64,000 bases of DNA, from positions 512,001 to 576,000 of the forward strand of contig CAVUCU010000004.1 of the NCBI GenBank assembly GCA_963740085.1, given 5' to 3'. Positions 1-9,173 of this stretch are shown here, in pieces. A program made the position numbers and the translations under genes. The notes under the pieces were generated by a model that saw only the letters and a program-made list of their open reading frames with translations, was not told where the DNA came from and did no database searches. Source of the DNA: Nitrospirota bacterium (GTDB taxonomy: Bacteria; Nitrospirota; UBA9217). Every line of letters starts with the position of its first letter. Position 1 is the first letter of the stretch.

Positions 1-196
1 CCTGTTCTTGACTGAGTTAAGCTCCAGTTTCAGATCTTCTAAAAGCATTCACGTCTCCAGTCACATCCTTAATCAGAAATCGACCAGATTATACCATAGA
101 GAAAATGAACAATCAAAGACAAAGAAAAAATTGTCTGATTTTATAAAGGATCTGCTGATGAATTTTAATCAAGCAAGACCGCATGCAACCGACTAA
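1..196 (+). CDS. Probable 3' end of an AT-rich hypothetical gene entering from the left edge
   Basis: Frame 2 is open from position 2 to TAA at 194-196. The segment is AT-rich and hydrophilic and does not resemble LivH. Confidence 0.35.
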   Translation, partial: LFLTELSSSFRSSKSIHVSSHILNQKSTRLYHRENEQSKTKKKLSDFIKDLLMNFNQARPHATD

Positions 197-243
197 CAAT
201 TCATTGAAATCTCACTATTTTTATGCGATAATCGCATCTCGTT

Positions 244-1395
244 ATGGTCAACCTGCGTACCACCGGACATAAATATCTCAGTATCTTCCTGATTCCACTC
301 TGGGTCGGGCTGCTTGTGCTGCCTTTTACCGGCATCAGCAACGCATTCCGCATTTCAGCATCGTCAGTTTTCGCCATGCTCCTCTGGAGGATGCTCAGGA
401 TCGATTCGGTCATGGCTGTACGTACCGCGGTCGCTGAAAAGTGCTTAAAAGCAGTTGCAGCCTTTCCCCCGATCACCCGATTTGCCTCCGCTCCGCTGAC
501 GTACGCTCTCCTCGTGGTTTTCGTGATCATCCTTCCTCTCTTTCTAAATGATTATTATCGAGACATCATGACGCTGACAGGCATGTACGTTGTCCTTGCC
601 CTTGGTTTGAACATCGTGGTGGGGCAGGCGGGGCTTTTGAATCTGGGATATGCAGCGTTCTACGCGATCGGCGCCTATACCTATGCCATCCTTTCGACAT
701 CATTCGGGCTTCCGTTCTGGTCCGGACTTGTTGCCGGAGGATCCGTGGCTGCGGTATTCGCCGTCCTTCTCGGCATGCCGACCTTGCGTTTGCGCGGCGA
801 CTATTTTGCGATCGTCACCCTGGGGCTCGGGGAGATCACCCGCATCATCCTTAACAACTGGGACAGCATGACCGGTGGGCCGAACGGCATCTCGAAGATC
901 GGAAGACCCGTTATAGCCGGATACGAACTCCACACGACCCTGGATTTCTATTACCTCATCGCCGTGATCGTTATCATTACGATATTTGCCATGCACAGGC
1001 TTATCTCATCGCGAATTGGCCGGGCATGGGTAGCGATCCGCGAGGACGAGGTTGCCGCGGAGGCCATGGGGGTCAATACCTATCGGATGAAATTGCTGGC
1101 TTTTGTACTAGGGTCGGCATTGGCCGGGGTCGTCGGGGTTTTTTTCGCCGCCAAGATGGCCTTTGTCTCGCCGGAGAGCTTCACGTTCTTTGAGTCCGTC
1201 ATGATCCTGTGCATGGTCGTCCTTGGAGGGATGGGGAGCATCCCCGGGATCATCCTCGGGGCTCTTCTTCTGATAACGATTCCGGAGATATTCAGGGAGT
1301 TCCAGGATTACCGGATGCTGGCGTTCGGGATCGCGCTTGTCCTGATGATGGTGTTCAGACCGCAGGGGCTTTTGGGAGCGGTGAAAAGAAAATAA
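244..1395 (+). CDS. livM: Branched-chain amino acid ABC transporter permease LivM
   Basis: Motifs LGLNIVVGQAGLLNLGYAAFYAIGAY, LRLRGDYFAIVTLG, TGGPNG and IREDEVAAEAMG; polytopic membrane protein. Confidence 0.93.
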   Translation: MVNLRTTGHKYLSIFLIPLWVGLLVLPFTGISNAFRISASSVFAMLLWRMLRIDSVMAVRTAVAEKCLKAVAAFPPITRFASAPLTYALLVVFVIILPLFLNDYYRDIMTLTGMYVVLALGLNIVVGQAGLLNLGYAAFYAIGAYTYAILSTSFGLPFWSGLVAGGSVAAVFAVLLGMPTLRLRGDYFAIVTLGLGEITRIILNNWDSMTGGPNGISKIGRPVIAGYELHTTLDFYYLIAVIVIITIFAMHRLISSRIGRAWVAIREDEVAAEAMGVNTYRMKLLAFVLGSALAGVVGVFFAAKMAFVSPESFTFFESVMILCMVVLGGMGSIPGIILGALLLITIPEIFREFQDYRMLAFGIALVLMMVFRPQGLLGAVKRK

Positions 1396-1404
1396 ATTAG
1401 AATT

Positions 1405-1610
1405 GCCACATAAGTCACAGAATGCACAGAAAACTAAAAAAGTTTCGTATCTACTCAGGAAAAAAACTGATTGGCCGTGAAAGAACGCAAGGATCGCAGA
1501 GAGAATTAAACTAAAGTACCTGCTTTCAGATTTTTCTTTGAGTTCTTTGTGTTCTTTTGCGGCAAAACTAAATCGGTTTATTTCTCTGTGCTTTATGTGA
1601 ATTATGTGGC
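1405..1610 (+). repeat. Nested long inverted repeats built from 9-nt periodic units
   Basis: Outer arms 1405-1433 and 1582-1610 pair at 25 of 29 positions. Inner arms 1474-1505 and 1532-1563 pair at 30 of 32 positions when G-U is counted. Confidence 0.85.
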
Positions 1611-1655
1611 TAAAAGCTTTTCCGGTTTATCAGGCTCAGAAAGAATAAACAGATA

Positions 1656-2429
1656 ATGTTACTATTGGAAACTAAAAACCTGGCGAAACACTTCGGGGGG
1701 CTCAAGGCGCTCGACGGGATCGACATGCGCGTCGAACGCGAGCGGATCGTGAGCATCATCGGTCCGAACGGGGCGGGGAAAACCACATTCTTCAACTGCA
1801 TCACCGGCATGATCCAGCCTACCAAAGGAAAGGCCATATTCCACGACCGGGACATCACGGGGATGTCGCCCCACGATATAACGTCTATGGGCATTGCACG
1901 TACGTTTCAGAACATCCGTCTTTTCAGCGGGATGACCGTGGTCGAAAACGTTATGGTGGCCGCACATTGCCGCACAAGTGCGGGGGTATTCGGTGCGATT
2001 GTCAGACCACGGCGGGTAATAAAAGAGGAACGGGACATGGAGTACCGCGCCGTGGATATTTTGAAATTCGTGGGGCTCGACGCAAAGTATGATTCATTTG
2101 CGATGAACCTCTCTTATGGAGATCAACGGCGACTGGAGATCGCGCGAGCGCTCGGGACCGAACCGCACCTTTTGCTTCTTGATGAACCTGCCGCCGGGAT
2201 GAACCTTCAGGAAACGCAGGACCTGATGACGTTGATCCGCAAGATCCGAGACAACGGTGTGGCAATCCTTCTGATCGAACATGATATGAAGGTCGTGATG
2301 GGCATCTCGGACCGGGTGATCGTGCTCGACCACGGAGTAAAGATCGCCGAAGGCCTGCCGAAAGATATACAGCAGAACACCGGTGTGATTGAGGCATACC
2401 TGGGCAAGGAGAGCTTGCGTGATGCTTGA
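1656..2429 (+). CDS. livG: Branched-chain amino acid ABC transporter ATP-binding protein LivG
   Basis: GPNGAGKTT Walker A, GIARTFQNIRLF, LSYGDQRRLEIARAL, LLLDEPAAG, IEHDM, VIEAYLG. Confidence 0.95.
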   Translation: MLLLETKNLAKHFGGLKALDGIDMRVERERIVSIIGPNGAGKTTFFNCITGMIQPTKGKAIFHDRDITGMSPHDITSMGIARTFQNIRLFSGMTVVENVMVAAHCRTSAGVFGAIVRPRRVIKEERDMEYRAVDILKFVGLDAKYDSFAMNLSYGDQRRLEIARALGTEPHLLLLDEPAAGMNLQETQDLMTLIRKIRDNGVAILLIEHDMKVVMGISDRVIVLDHGVKIAEGLPKDIQQNTGVIEAYLGKESLRDA

Positions 2430-3123
2430 GCTGCGTGAAGTGACCGTCTCTTACGGCATGATAGATGCTCTCAAGGGCGTCAGCCTGAAGGTGGGGCGAG
2501 GGGAGATCGTCGCTCTGATCGGGGCGAACGGCGCGGGCAAGTCAACGACCCTGATGTCAATCTCCGGGGTGGCCGCGCTGCGGTCGGGCATTGTCTTGTA
2601 CGACAATGCGGAGTTGTCAGGCCGGCCCGCGCATGCGATCGTGCAGATGGGGATCTCGCAGGTCCCCGAGGGCAGGCGCATCTTCGCCAGGATGACGGTG
2701 CGCGAGAACCTGGAAATGGGCGCTTTTATCAGGGAAAGACGGGAACTCGCAGGCGACCTGGCGCGGGTATTCGAGCTGTTCCCGGCGCTTGCTGACAGGG
2801 ATCGGCAGCTTGGCGGCACGCTCTCGGGAGGCGAGCAGCAGATGCTCGCCCTGGGCAGGGCGCTCATGTCACGGCCGAAGCTTCTCCTTCTTGACGAGCC
2901 ATCGCTTGGTCTTGCTCCGATCATCGTGAGCAGGATATTCAAGATCATCAGAGAGATCAATCAGCAGGGAATGACAATACTTCTTGTCGAACAGAACGCA
3001 AAGGCCGCTCTCCGTCTTGCACATCGCGCCTACGTTATGGAAACGGGAAAGATAGTGATGGAGGGCCGGGCCGCTGACCTTGAAAAGGACCCGGGGATAA
3101 AGAGGGCGTATTTAGGAGAGTAG
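2422..3123 (+). CDS. livF: Branched-chain amino acid ABC transporter ATP-binding protein LivF
   Basis: GANGAGKST, VPEGRRIF, LSGGEQQMLA, LDEPSLGLAP, VEQNA. ATG at 2422 overlaps the end of livG. Confidence 0.95.
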   Translation: MLELREVTVSYGMIDALKGVSLKVGRGEIVALIGANGAGKSTTLMSISGVAALRSGIVLYDNAELSGRPAHAIVQMGISQVPEGRRIFARMTVRENLEMGAFIRERRELAGDLARVFELFPALADRDRQLGGTLSGGEQQMLALGRALMSRPKLLLLDEPSLGLAPIIVSRIFKIIREINQQGMTILLVEQNAKAALRLAHRAYVMETGKIVMEGRAADLEKDPGIKRAYLGE

Positions 3124-3204
3124 TCGGGAGCCAGGAGTCAGAATTCAGGAGTAGACGTTGTTGTACGTCGGCAGTTCTCCTGACCACCGGGTTCTGTCTT
3201 TCGG
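3124..3204 (+). repeat. Heptamer-periodic imperfect hairpin between livF and truA
   Basis: Left units tcgggag/ccaggag/tcagaat/tcaggag; right units ctcctga/ccaccgg/gttctgt/ctttcgg; inner stem gacgt...acgtc. Confidence 0.6.
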
Positions 3205-3207
3205 ATC

Positions 3208-3957
3208 ATGCGTATGAACAATATCAAACTTATACTCGAATATGACGGGACGAATTATCACGGCTGGCAATCTCAGATCGGGAGCGGCATGCCGACGATC
3301 CAGGATGTTCTCGAACAGGCGCTCAAGGAACTCACGAATGAATCAATAAAGACCTCTTCATCGGGCCGGACCGACGCGGGGGTGCATGCCCTGGGGCATG
3401 TTGCGAATTTCAAAAGCGCAAACCGTATCCCGGCGGAAGCATGGGCGCCGGCATTAAATCATATTTTGCCGAATGACATCAGGGTGCTGCTCTCCGAACA
3501 GGCACCCGGGGATTTTCATGCCAGGTTCAGCGCTCAGGGGAAAATTTATCAGTATAGGATCCTGAATCGGCGAAGCCCGTCAGCGTTAAATCGAAACTAT
3601 TCCTGGCACTTAAGCAAACGGCTGAACCTGAAGAACATGAGATCGGCCGCTGTCTGCCTCGTGGGTAAACATGATTTTTCCGCTTTTCGGAGTTCCGGGT
3701 GCGGAGCTAACACGCCGGTGAGGACGCTTAAGGCGCTTACCATAAAGAAAAACGGTGAGTTTGTTGAAATCCTTATCGAGGCGGACGCATTCCTGATGCA
3801 CATGGCGAGGAATATTGTTGGAACGCTGGTGGAAGTGGGTCTCAATCGGCGGCCGGCAGAAGAAGTGAAGCAAATACTATTGTCCTGCGATAGAAACAAA
3901 GCCGGAAGGTGCGCCCCCGCATGCGGCCTGTATCTGCGCAAGGTATTTTATCTTTAA
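3208..3957 (+). CDS. truA: tRNA pseudouridine(38-40) synthase
   Basis: LEYDGTNYHGWQ, GRTDAGVHA, FHARFSA, GKHDFSAFRS. Confidence 0.96.
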   Translation: MRMNNIKLILEYDGTNYHGWQSQIGSGMPTIQDVLEQALKELTNESIKTSSSGRTDAGVHALGHVANFKSANRIPAEAWAPALNHILPNDIRVLLSEQAPGDFHARFSAQGKIYQYRILNRRSPSALNRNYSWHLSKRLNLKNMRSAAVCLVGKHDFSAFRSSGCGANTPVRTLKALTIKKNGEFVEILIEADAFLMHMARNIVGTLVEVGLNRRPAEEVKQILLSCDRNKAGRCAPACGLYLRKVFYL

Positions 3958-4185
3958 AAAGCCGAGAGTTATTAACAGGAACAGCAGTCATTGATTCAGG
4001 CTCAGATTCTAATTTTGCAAGATATATTTATTGCCGTATTATGAAATATGATAGAAAATATGCTTGCTAAAATTTACTCTTTATGATATTTTTTGCGTTG
4101 TCCTTGTTCTGGAAATAAAACTCCCGCGAACATAACTGACTCGTTTTATTAAGAGTGAATTCGATACTTTTTGAAAGGAGAATGT

Positions 4186-5088
4186 ATGAGGAATTGGCTG
4201 AATATTATTTTACCGGTATTGCTCACTCTCATTTTGGTCCCCGCAGCCGGCGCAGCGACGGATTCGGCAACCTGCCTGGGCTGTCACGGATCAATGGAAG
4301 GGGCCGCCAATGTGAACCAGGAAAAGTTTTCTAAATCCGTACACGGCGGCATGAATGATTGTACCATGTGCCATATGACCCTGAAAGGTGACCAGCACCA
4401 GGGACTGGCGGGAGGAAAGCCGGATAAGGCGGTCAAGGAACTGGCCGCCGAGATATCTCCCAAGAGCAAGATCGATCCGATCGCGCAGGCCGCGTGCGTG
4501 AACTGCCACCCGGATGTTTACGAGTCTTATAAGGCCAGTGTCCATGGAAGGAATGTTATCGTCAAAAAGTCATCCGACGGCCCGGTCTGCACGAGCTGTC
4601 ATGGTTCGCCGCACTATATTCAGCCCAAGACGAGTAAAGAGTCAACGGTAAACCACTTTAACGTGGTCCAAACCTGCGGGGCCTGTCATGAAGAGAAGAG
4701 GATATCGGAGAAGTACGGGTTCACCCCCAACGTAATGGAGCGCTATAAAGAAAGCTTCCACGGGAGAAAGCTGAGAGTCGGCGACAGCGGCGCGCCGTCA
4801 TGCGTGAACTGTCACGGCTCCCACGATATCAAGAGCGTCGATGACCCGTCCTCTCCGGTCGTGGGCGCGAACAAGATAAAAACATGCTCAAAATGTCATC
4901 CGGGGGCCACGGCGAAATTCGTAGCCGCGATCACCCACAAACCGCTGCATCCGATCGCTCACTTCTCAGAGATCGGACTGATCATCCTCATGGTGAGTAC
5001 GTTCATCTTCATCGTTGTCCACGTTCTCTTGGATATTTACGCGGATATCCGAGACCGTCTGTTCAGAAAAGGAGGCAAGAATGAATAA
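4186..5088 (+). CDS. Heptaheme cytochrome c with signal peptide and C-terminal membrane anchor
   Basis: Seven CxxCH motifs (CLGCH, CTMCH, CVNCH, CTSCH, CGACH, CVNCH, CSKCH); N-terminal signal peptide; C-terminal TM helix containing His (VVHVLLD); RBS AAGGAG before ATG 4186. Confidence 0.92.
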   Translation: MRNWLNIILPVLLTLILVPAAGAATDSATCLGCHGSMEGAANVNQEKFSKSVHGGMNDCTMCHMTLKGDQHQGLAGGKPDKAVKELAAEISPKSKIDPIAQAACVNCHPDVYESYKASVHGRNVIVKKSSDGPVCTSCHGSPHYIQPKTSKESTVNHFNVVQTCGACHEEKRISEKYGFTPNVMERYKESFHGRKLRVGDSGAPSCVNCHGSHDIKSVDDPSSPVVGANKIKTCSKCHPGATAKFVAAITHKPLHPIAHFSEIGLIILMVSTFIFIVVHVLLDIYADIRDRLFRKGGKNE

Positions 5089-5785
5089 GAGTATTCCTAC
5101 CGAGATAGAGAGGTTCGACCTTTCTGCGAGGATCCAACATATCACATTGTTCACGTCGTTCCTGGTGCTCGCGTTCACCGGCTGGGGGCTCAAGTATGCA
5201 TACCAGGAACCTGCCAGCGCATGGATCAGCTTCTGGGGAGGCGCCAAAAGCGCGGGGATCATCCACCGCGTAGCCGGCATCATCCTGCTCCTGGATTTCA
5301 TCTACCATCAGTTTTACTTGCTCAATCTGATCCGGAAAAAGAACCTTAGCCTGTCGATCGTGCCCATGCCCAAGGACGTTCTGGATGTTGTTCAAAACTT
5401 CAAGTATTACCTCGGGTTCACGAAAGAACAGCCCCGCTTCGGAAAGTTCACCTATCTTCAGAAATTCGATTACTGGGCTGTTTACTGGGGCATGATGATC
5501 ATCGGGACCTCGGGCTTTATTCTTACCTTCCCGGTAATGATGTCTTCGCTTTTCCCGACCTGGACGCTGGCGTGGATCTGGGACGTGATCTTCATCATGC
5601 ACAGCGACGAGGCGCTTCTGGCCATTGTATTTATTTTTATCATTCACTTCTATTCCGAGCACCTTCGGTCCGACGTGTTCCCCATGAGCTGGTTGTGGCT
5701 TACCGGGAAAATGTCCGTTGACCAGCTGAAGCATCACCATCCGGAAGAGTATGATCAACTTTTCGGGAATAAGAAGGACAAGTAA
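5081..5785 (+). CDS. FdnI/HydC-type membrane cytochrome b
   Basis: RF...RIQH, LAFTG, IHRVAG, KFTYLQKFDYWAVYWG, HSDEALLA...IIHFY. RBS GGAGG; ATG 5081 overlaps the cytochrome c stop region. Confidence 0.9.
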   Translation: MNKSIPTEIERFDLSARIQHITLFTSFLVLAFTGWGLKYAYQEPASAWISFWGGAKSAGIIHRVAGIILLLDFIYHQFYLLNLIRKKNLSLSIVPMPKDVLDVVQNFKYYLGFTKEQPRFGKFTYLQKFDYWAVYWGMMIIGTSGFILTFPVMMSSLFPTWTLAWIWDVIFIMHSDEALLAIVFIFIIHFYSEHLRSDVFPMSWLWLTGKMSVDQLKHHHPEEYDQLFGNKKDK

Positions 5786-5810
5786 CGTAACCGTTTTGAA
5801 TATTTGATGT

Positions 5811-5847
5811 AAAAAAAACAGCGGCCTAAAAGGCCGCTGTTTCTGTT
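5811..5847. terminator. Probable bidirectional intrinsic terminator
   Basis: aaacagcggcct-aaa-aggccgctgttt hairpin with an A-run before and a T-rich tail after. Confidence 0.8.
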
Positions 5848-6104
5848 CATGCTGCTGAAATATTAACAGGCTGTTGAATTTAACATCACTATTCATTCTT
5901 TAGCATAGGCCATGCGGCCGCGCTACGATGCATCTCTTATTTATCAGCTCATCACAGAGGGTGCATGTATGGAGCATCCGCCGTATTTGTAATTCAGGGC
6001 CCAGGAGTAACGTCGGGGTTTCGTAGAAACCAGAGTAGCCGCACCAGACGGTAAAGTACAACTTAAGATTATTGCACTTCCACGCCGTCAAACATGTTCG
6101 GCAC

Positions 6105-6132
6105 AAAAAAGGCAGTGATTGCTCACTGCCTT
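6105..6132 (-). terminator. Intrinsic terminator, minus strand
   Basis: aaggcagtga-ttgc-tcactgcctt hairpin followed by a T6 run on the minus strand. Confidence 0.75.
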
Positions 6133-6168
6133 GACCGGATGTTTTGCGGTGCGAAGTCCGCTATCCTT

Positions 6169-6306
6169 CTATGCCTTCTCGGCTGCTTTCGCTCGTACCG
6201 CTGTTGGTACGGAGACGAGGTATCCCATAACTGCACCGATCAGGCCGCCGACCACGAGGCTTAGCGCTGCCGCGCAGGCGATCCCCACCACGATGCCCAT
6301 GACCAC
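6169..6306 (-). CDS. Small hydrophobic membrane protein (about 45 aa)
   Basis: GGAGG 5 nt before GTG 6306 (alternative ATG 6300). Gly/Ala-rich hydrophobic core with a basic tail; a terminator follows. Confidence 0.6.
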   Translation of the reverse strand: MVMGIVVGIACAAALSLVVGGLIGAVMGYLVSVPTAVRAKAAEKA

Positions 6307-6432
6307 TGCTGCCTCCGATGAACGAACCTGCGGGCAGGCCGCCAAGTGCAAATAAGACAATGCCTGCACCTATCCCGACATAAAGAGATTTGAAAAAGAT
6401 ATTTGTGGGTTATGAAAGCGGAATTGAAGTGT

Positions 6433-7095
6433 TTAATTAAGCTTTTCCAGGATGCCCTGTTTCATCCTGAATTGCTTCGCAGCACGGAGGGCTATTTCGG
6501 AGCTGTGAGTGACGACGATCATGGTCACTTTTTTATCTCTATTGGTTGTCTCGAAGAATGTCATGATTTCGGCTTCCGTTTCCTCGTCGAGATCGCCTGT
6601 GGGCTCGTCCGCCAGGATTATCTCAGGTGAATTGATGAATGCCCTGGCGATAGCCACCCGCTGCTGTTCACCGCCGGAAAGCTCGGACGGATACCGGTCT
6701 GCTTTGTCGCCGAGTCCGACGAGTTGAAGAAGTTGTTTCGCATCGGCGCCGGTTTTGCTGCCGCCGAATACAGTGGGAAGAAGTACGTTCTCGATCGCGG
6801 TAAGGGTCGGAAGGAGGCTCGCAAACTGGTACACAAAGCCGAATTTGTTATTTCTGAGCTTTGAACGCTCCTTGTCGGTGTAGTTCCAAATATTATTATT
6901 ATCGATACTGACCGAGCCCGTGTCAGGCCGGGCAATGCCGCCGATAAGGCTCAGGAATGTGCTTTTACCGCTTCCCGAATGTCCGACTATGGAGACGAAA
7001 TCTCCTTGCAGGATGGTAAGATCAAGAGGCTGGACGGCCTTGATTTTTTTTCCTGAAATGGAATAGGTTTTTGAGAGTCCCTTCAGTTCGATCAT
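6433..7095 (-). CDS. LolD/MacB-family ABC ATP-binding protein
   Basis: [44 protein letters not shown]. Confidence 0.93.
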   Translation of the reverse strand: MIELKGLSKTYSISGKKIKAVQPLDLTILQGDFVSIVGHSGSGKSTFLSLIGGIARPDTGSVSIDNNNIWNYTDKERSKLRNNKFGFVYQFASLLPTLTAIENVLLPTVFGGSKTGADAKQLLQLVGLGDKADRYPSELSGGEQQRVAIARAFINSPEIILADEPTGDLDEETEAEIMTFFETTNRDKKVTMIVVTHSSEIALRAAKQFRMKQGILEKLN

Positions 7096-7131
7096 GAACT
7101 TCCTTTCTTTCTTCTACGACAGGTGGATTGC

Positions 7132-7737
7132 TCATTTTCCTTTTTTGTCGATCTCTTTTTTCAAGGCTGCTGCAATGCCCGCGTCAAACGTATCGAGCTT
7201 ATGATACTGGGTGAGCGCCTCTGAACGTTTCCCCTTTTTGAGCAGCGCCATTCCGAGATTGTACCGGGCGGTTGCGTATCGCGGTCGCAGAACGAGGGCT
7301 TTTTGAAGGGCACGGATCTCATCGTCTGTTTTCCCGATCTTGCCATAGGCAATTGCCAGGTTGTTATACAGAACAGGGTTCCTGGAAAAGAACTTTATCG
7401 CCCTCGAGTAACTGTTAATGGCTTCCTGATACTTTCCAAGCCTGCTGTAGGCGTTCCCCAACTTCACATAAGCGTATCCGCGCTTCGGGTCGATGGCGAT
7501 GACCTTTTGAAGGGCATTTACTTCTTCAGTATACACCTCGGAGCGTTCATAGATATCGGAAAGATGGTACCAAGCCTCTGCATCCTTCGGGTTCCTGATG
7601 GTCTGGTCCCTGACTTCTTCGAAAAGGTTCTTTTCTGTACTGTCTGTACTGACAGGAGGAGTCGTCTGCTTCTTGTCATCAGCGCATGAGAGGAACAAAA
7701 AGGACGTCATCCAGAGGATAATAAAAAAAGGTTTCAT
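7132..7737 (-). CDS. TPR-repeat lipoprotein
   Basis: Lipobox FLSC; TPR motifs AYVKLGNAY, LYNNLAIAY and ARYNLGMAL. Confidence 0.85.
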   Translation of the reverse strand: MKPFFIILWMTSFLFLSCADDKKQTTPPVSTDSTEKNLFEEVRDQTIRNPKDAEAWYHLSDIYERSEVYTEEVNALQKVIAIDPKRGYAYVKLGNAYSRLGKYQEAINSYSRAIKFFSRNPVLYNNLAIAYGKIGKTDDEIRALQKALVLRPRYATARYNLGMALLKKGKRSEALTQYHKLDTFDAGIAAALKKEIDKKGK

Positions 7738-8930
7738 TCCGCACTCCTGATCGCTTCGTAGGGCTCCACTCTCAGGAGTGTGATCGACGGCAGGAATGCG
7801 GCAATCAGGCCGGTCAAGATTGAGACGAGGAGCGCTCCTGCGGTCAACACGATCAACTCCGGAGTGGCGGGAAAGAGATAGGGAAGCTTAAGGTAATGAA
7901 GCATCAGGTCCTTGAAGCTGAAGAGCAGCGCGTATCCGAGCACGATCCCCGCAGCGCCGCCTGTTGCAGAAAGCAGGACGGCTTCATCCAAAATAATCGC
8001 GGCTATGTGCCCTCTGTTTGCACCCATCGCGCGCAAGATGCCGATCTCCCTGCGCCGTTCATTCACGATCATATAAAAGGCAAACGCCATGATCAGGAGG
8101 ACGATGGCCCAGAGAATGACGCTGATGATCAAGATCGCTTTGATAAGGCCCGATAGCTGCTTTCGCACGGTACTGATGATCGTGTCCGAAACCAGTGCCT
8201 TGACACCGCTGATGTCATGTTCGATACGGATGGCGACGCGGTCGGGGGTGAAATCATCTTTTACCTGTACGAGGACGGTGGAGATCTGGTTCCTGCCGAT
8301 CTCTACGGGTTGGATCGCCTTGGTCTTTGAATTTTCGGCCATCTGGTATGCGGCGTCCAGGCTCATGAATACAGCGCGATCGAAAAAGTCCATCCCCGTC
8401 GCTTCCATGGTTCCGGCAACCGTGAAGGTCGTGCCAAAAAAGGGGATCTTATCCCCCGTGATCACCGGTACGTTCCTGCCGGTGATGATCTCATTGTTGC
8501 TGAGCTTGCGGTTGAGGTTCTTCTCGAGCCAGGGTTTAACCGTGAAGTCGGTTTCGGGATCAAAGGCCACAAGGAACACGTCAACATTGAAGCAGCAGGT
8601 GAAGCTGGTTGGTTTGATGAACAATTGGGCGGTCGCGCTCTTAACTCCGTCGATTGCCTTGACCCGGTCGAGAATGGAGCGGTCCATCAGGAATTGGGTG
8701 GGTTCGCCGGAGAGCAGGGCCATTTGGGCCTTGTCCTTCGCGCTCTCGGGGACAACCAGGATGTCGGCGCCGAGGCGATACGTGCCGATTCTGAGGGCAT
8801 TGTTGATGCTTTTCAGAAAGAGGGTCGCCGAGAAGAGAGTACAGGAGACAACCGCGACAATGGCAAATAAAAGCCAGGTCCTGGTGAGTTTTCTTCTGAG
8901 ATTTTTCAGCGCAACATATGGGATGTTCAT
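7734..8930 (-). CDS. FtsX/LolE/MacB-type ABC permease with a periplasmic Cys-Cys motif
   Basis: N-terminal TM, RLGADILVVP, periplasmic SFTCCF, ERRREIGILRAMGA, C-terminal TMs, EPYEAIR. Confidence 0.9.
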   Translation of the reverse strand: MNIPYVALKNLRRKLTRTWLLFAIVAVVSCTLFSATLFLKSINNALRIGTYRLGADILVVPESAKDKAQMALLSGEPTQFLMDRSILDRVKAIDGVKSATAQLFIKPTSFTCCFNVDVFLVAFDPETDFTVKPWLEKNLNRKLSNNEIITGRNVPVITGDKIPFFGTTFTVAGTMEATGMDFFDRAVFMSLDAAYQMAENSKTKAIQPVEIGRNQISTVLVQVKDDFTPDRVAIRIEHDISGVKALVSDTIISTVRKQLSGLIKAILIISVILWAIVLLIMAFAFYMIVNERRREIGILRAMGANRGHIAAIILDEAVLLSATGGAAGIVLGYALLFSFKDLMLHYLKLPYLFPATPELIVLTAGALLVSILTGLIAAFLPSITLLRVEPYEAIRSAE

Positions 8931-8980
8931 AGTAGGAGAACTATTATTCCTTTGTACTGGATTTATTGTCTTTCGGTATC

Positions 8981-9009
8981 ATTATACCAGATGATGTGCG
9001 GCCAGTAAA
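8981..9009 (-). promoter_or_regulatory. Sigma70-type promoter for the ABC permease operon
   Basis: Minus strand TTTACT-17 nt-TATAAT with an extended -10 TG. Confidence 0.55.
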
Positions 9010-9102
9010 CCCTTTTTGGGAACAAGTTCGATACCGCTTCGTATAACGGTGTGTAAAAATGAAATCATCAGCAGAAAGGGGTCGGCGCTATTACGGAACG
9101 GG

Positions 9103-9141
9103 GAAAGAAAAAGCCGGAGGCAGGTGAGACTTGCCTCCGGC
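9103..9141 (-). terminator. Intrinsic terminator after the beta-propeller gene
   Basis: gccggaggcaggt-gag-acttgcctccggc hairpin; the minus strand continues tttttcttt. Confidence 0.8.
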
Positions 9142-9173
9142 CGATACCGAGCTTTCCAGAATGCAGGTCCAGG

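Noticed and set aside
5850-6106. aacaggctgttgaa as an IS end, and the 68-aa ORF 5900-6106
   Set aside because: No partner inverted repeat or transposase; the ORF has no RBS or protein-like features.
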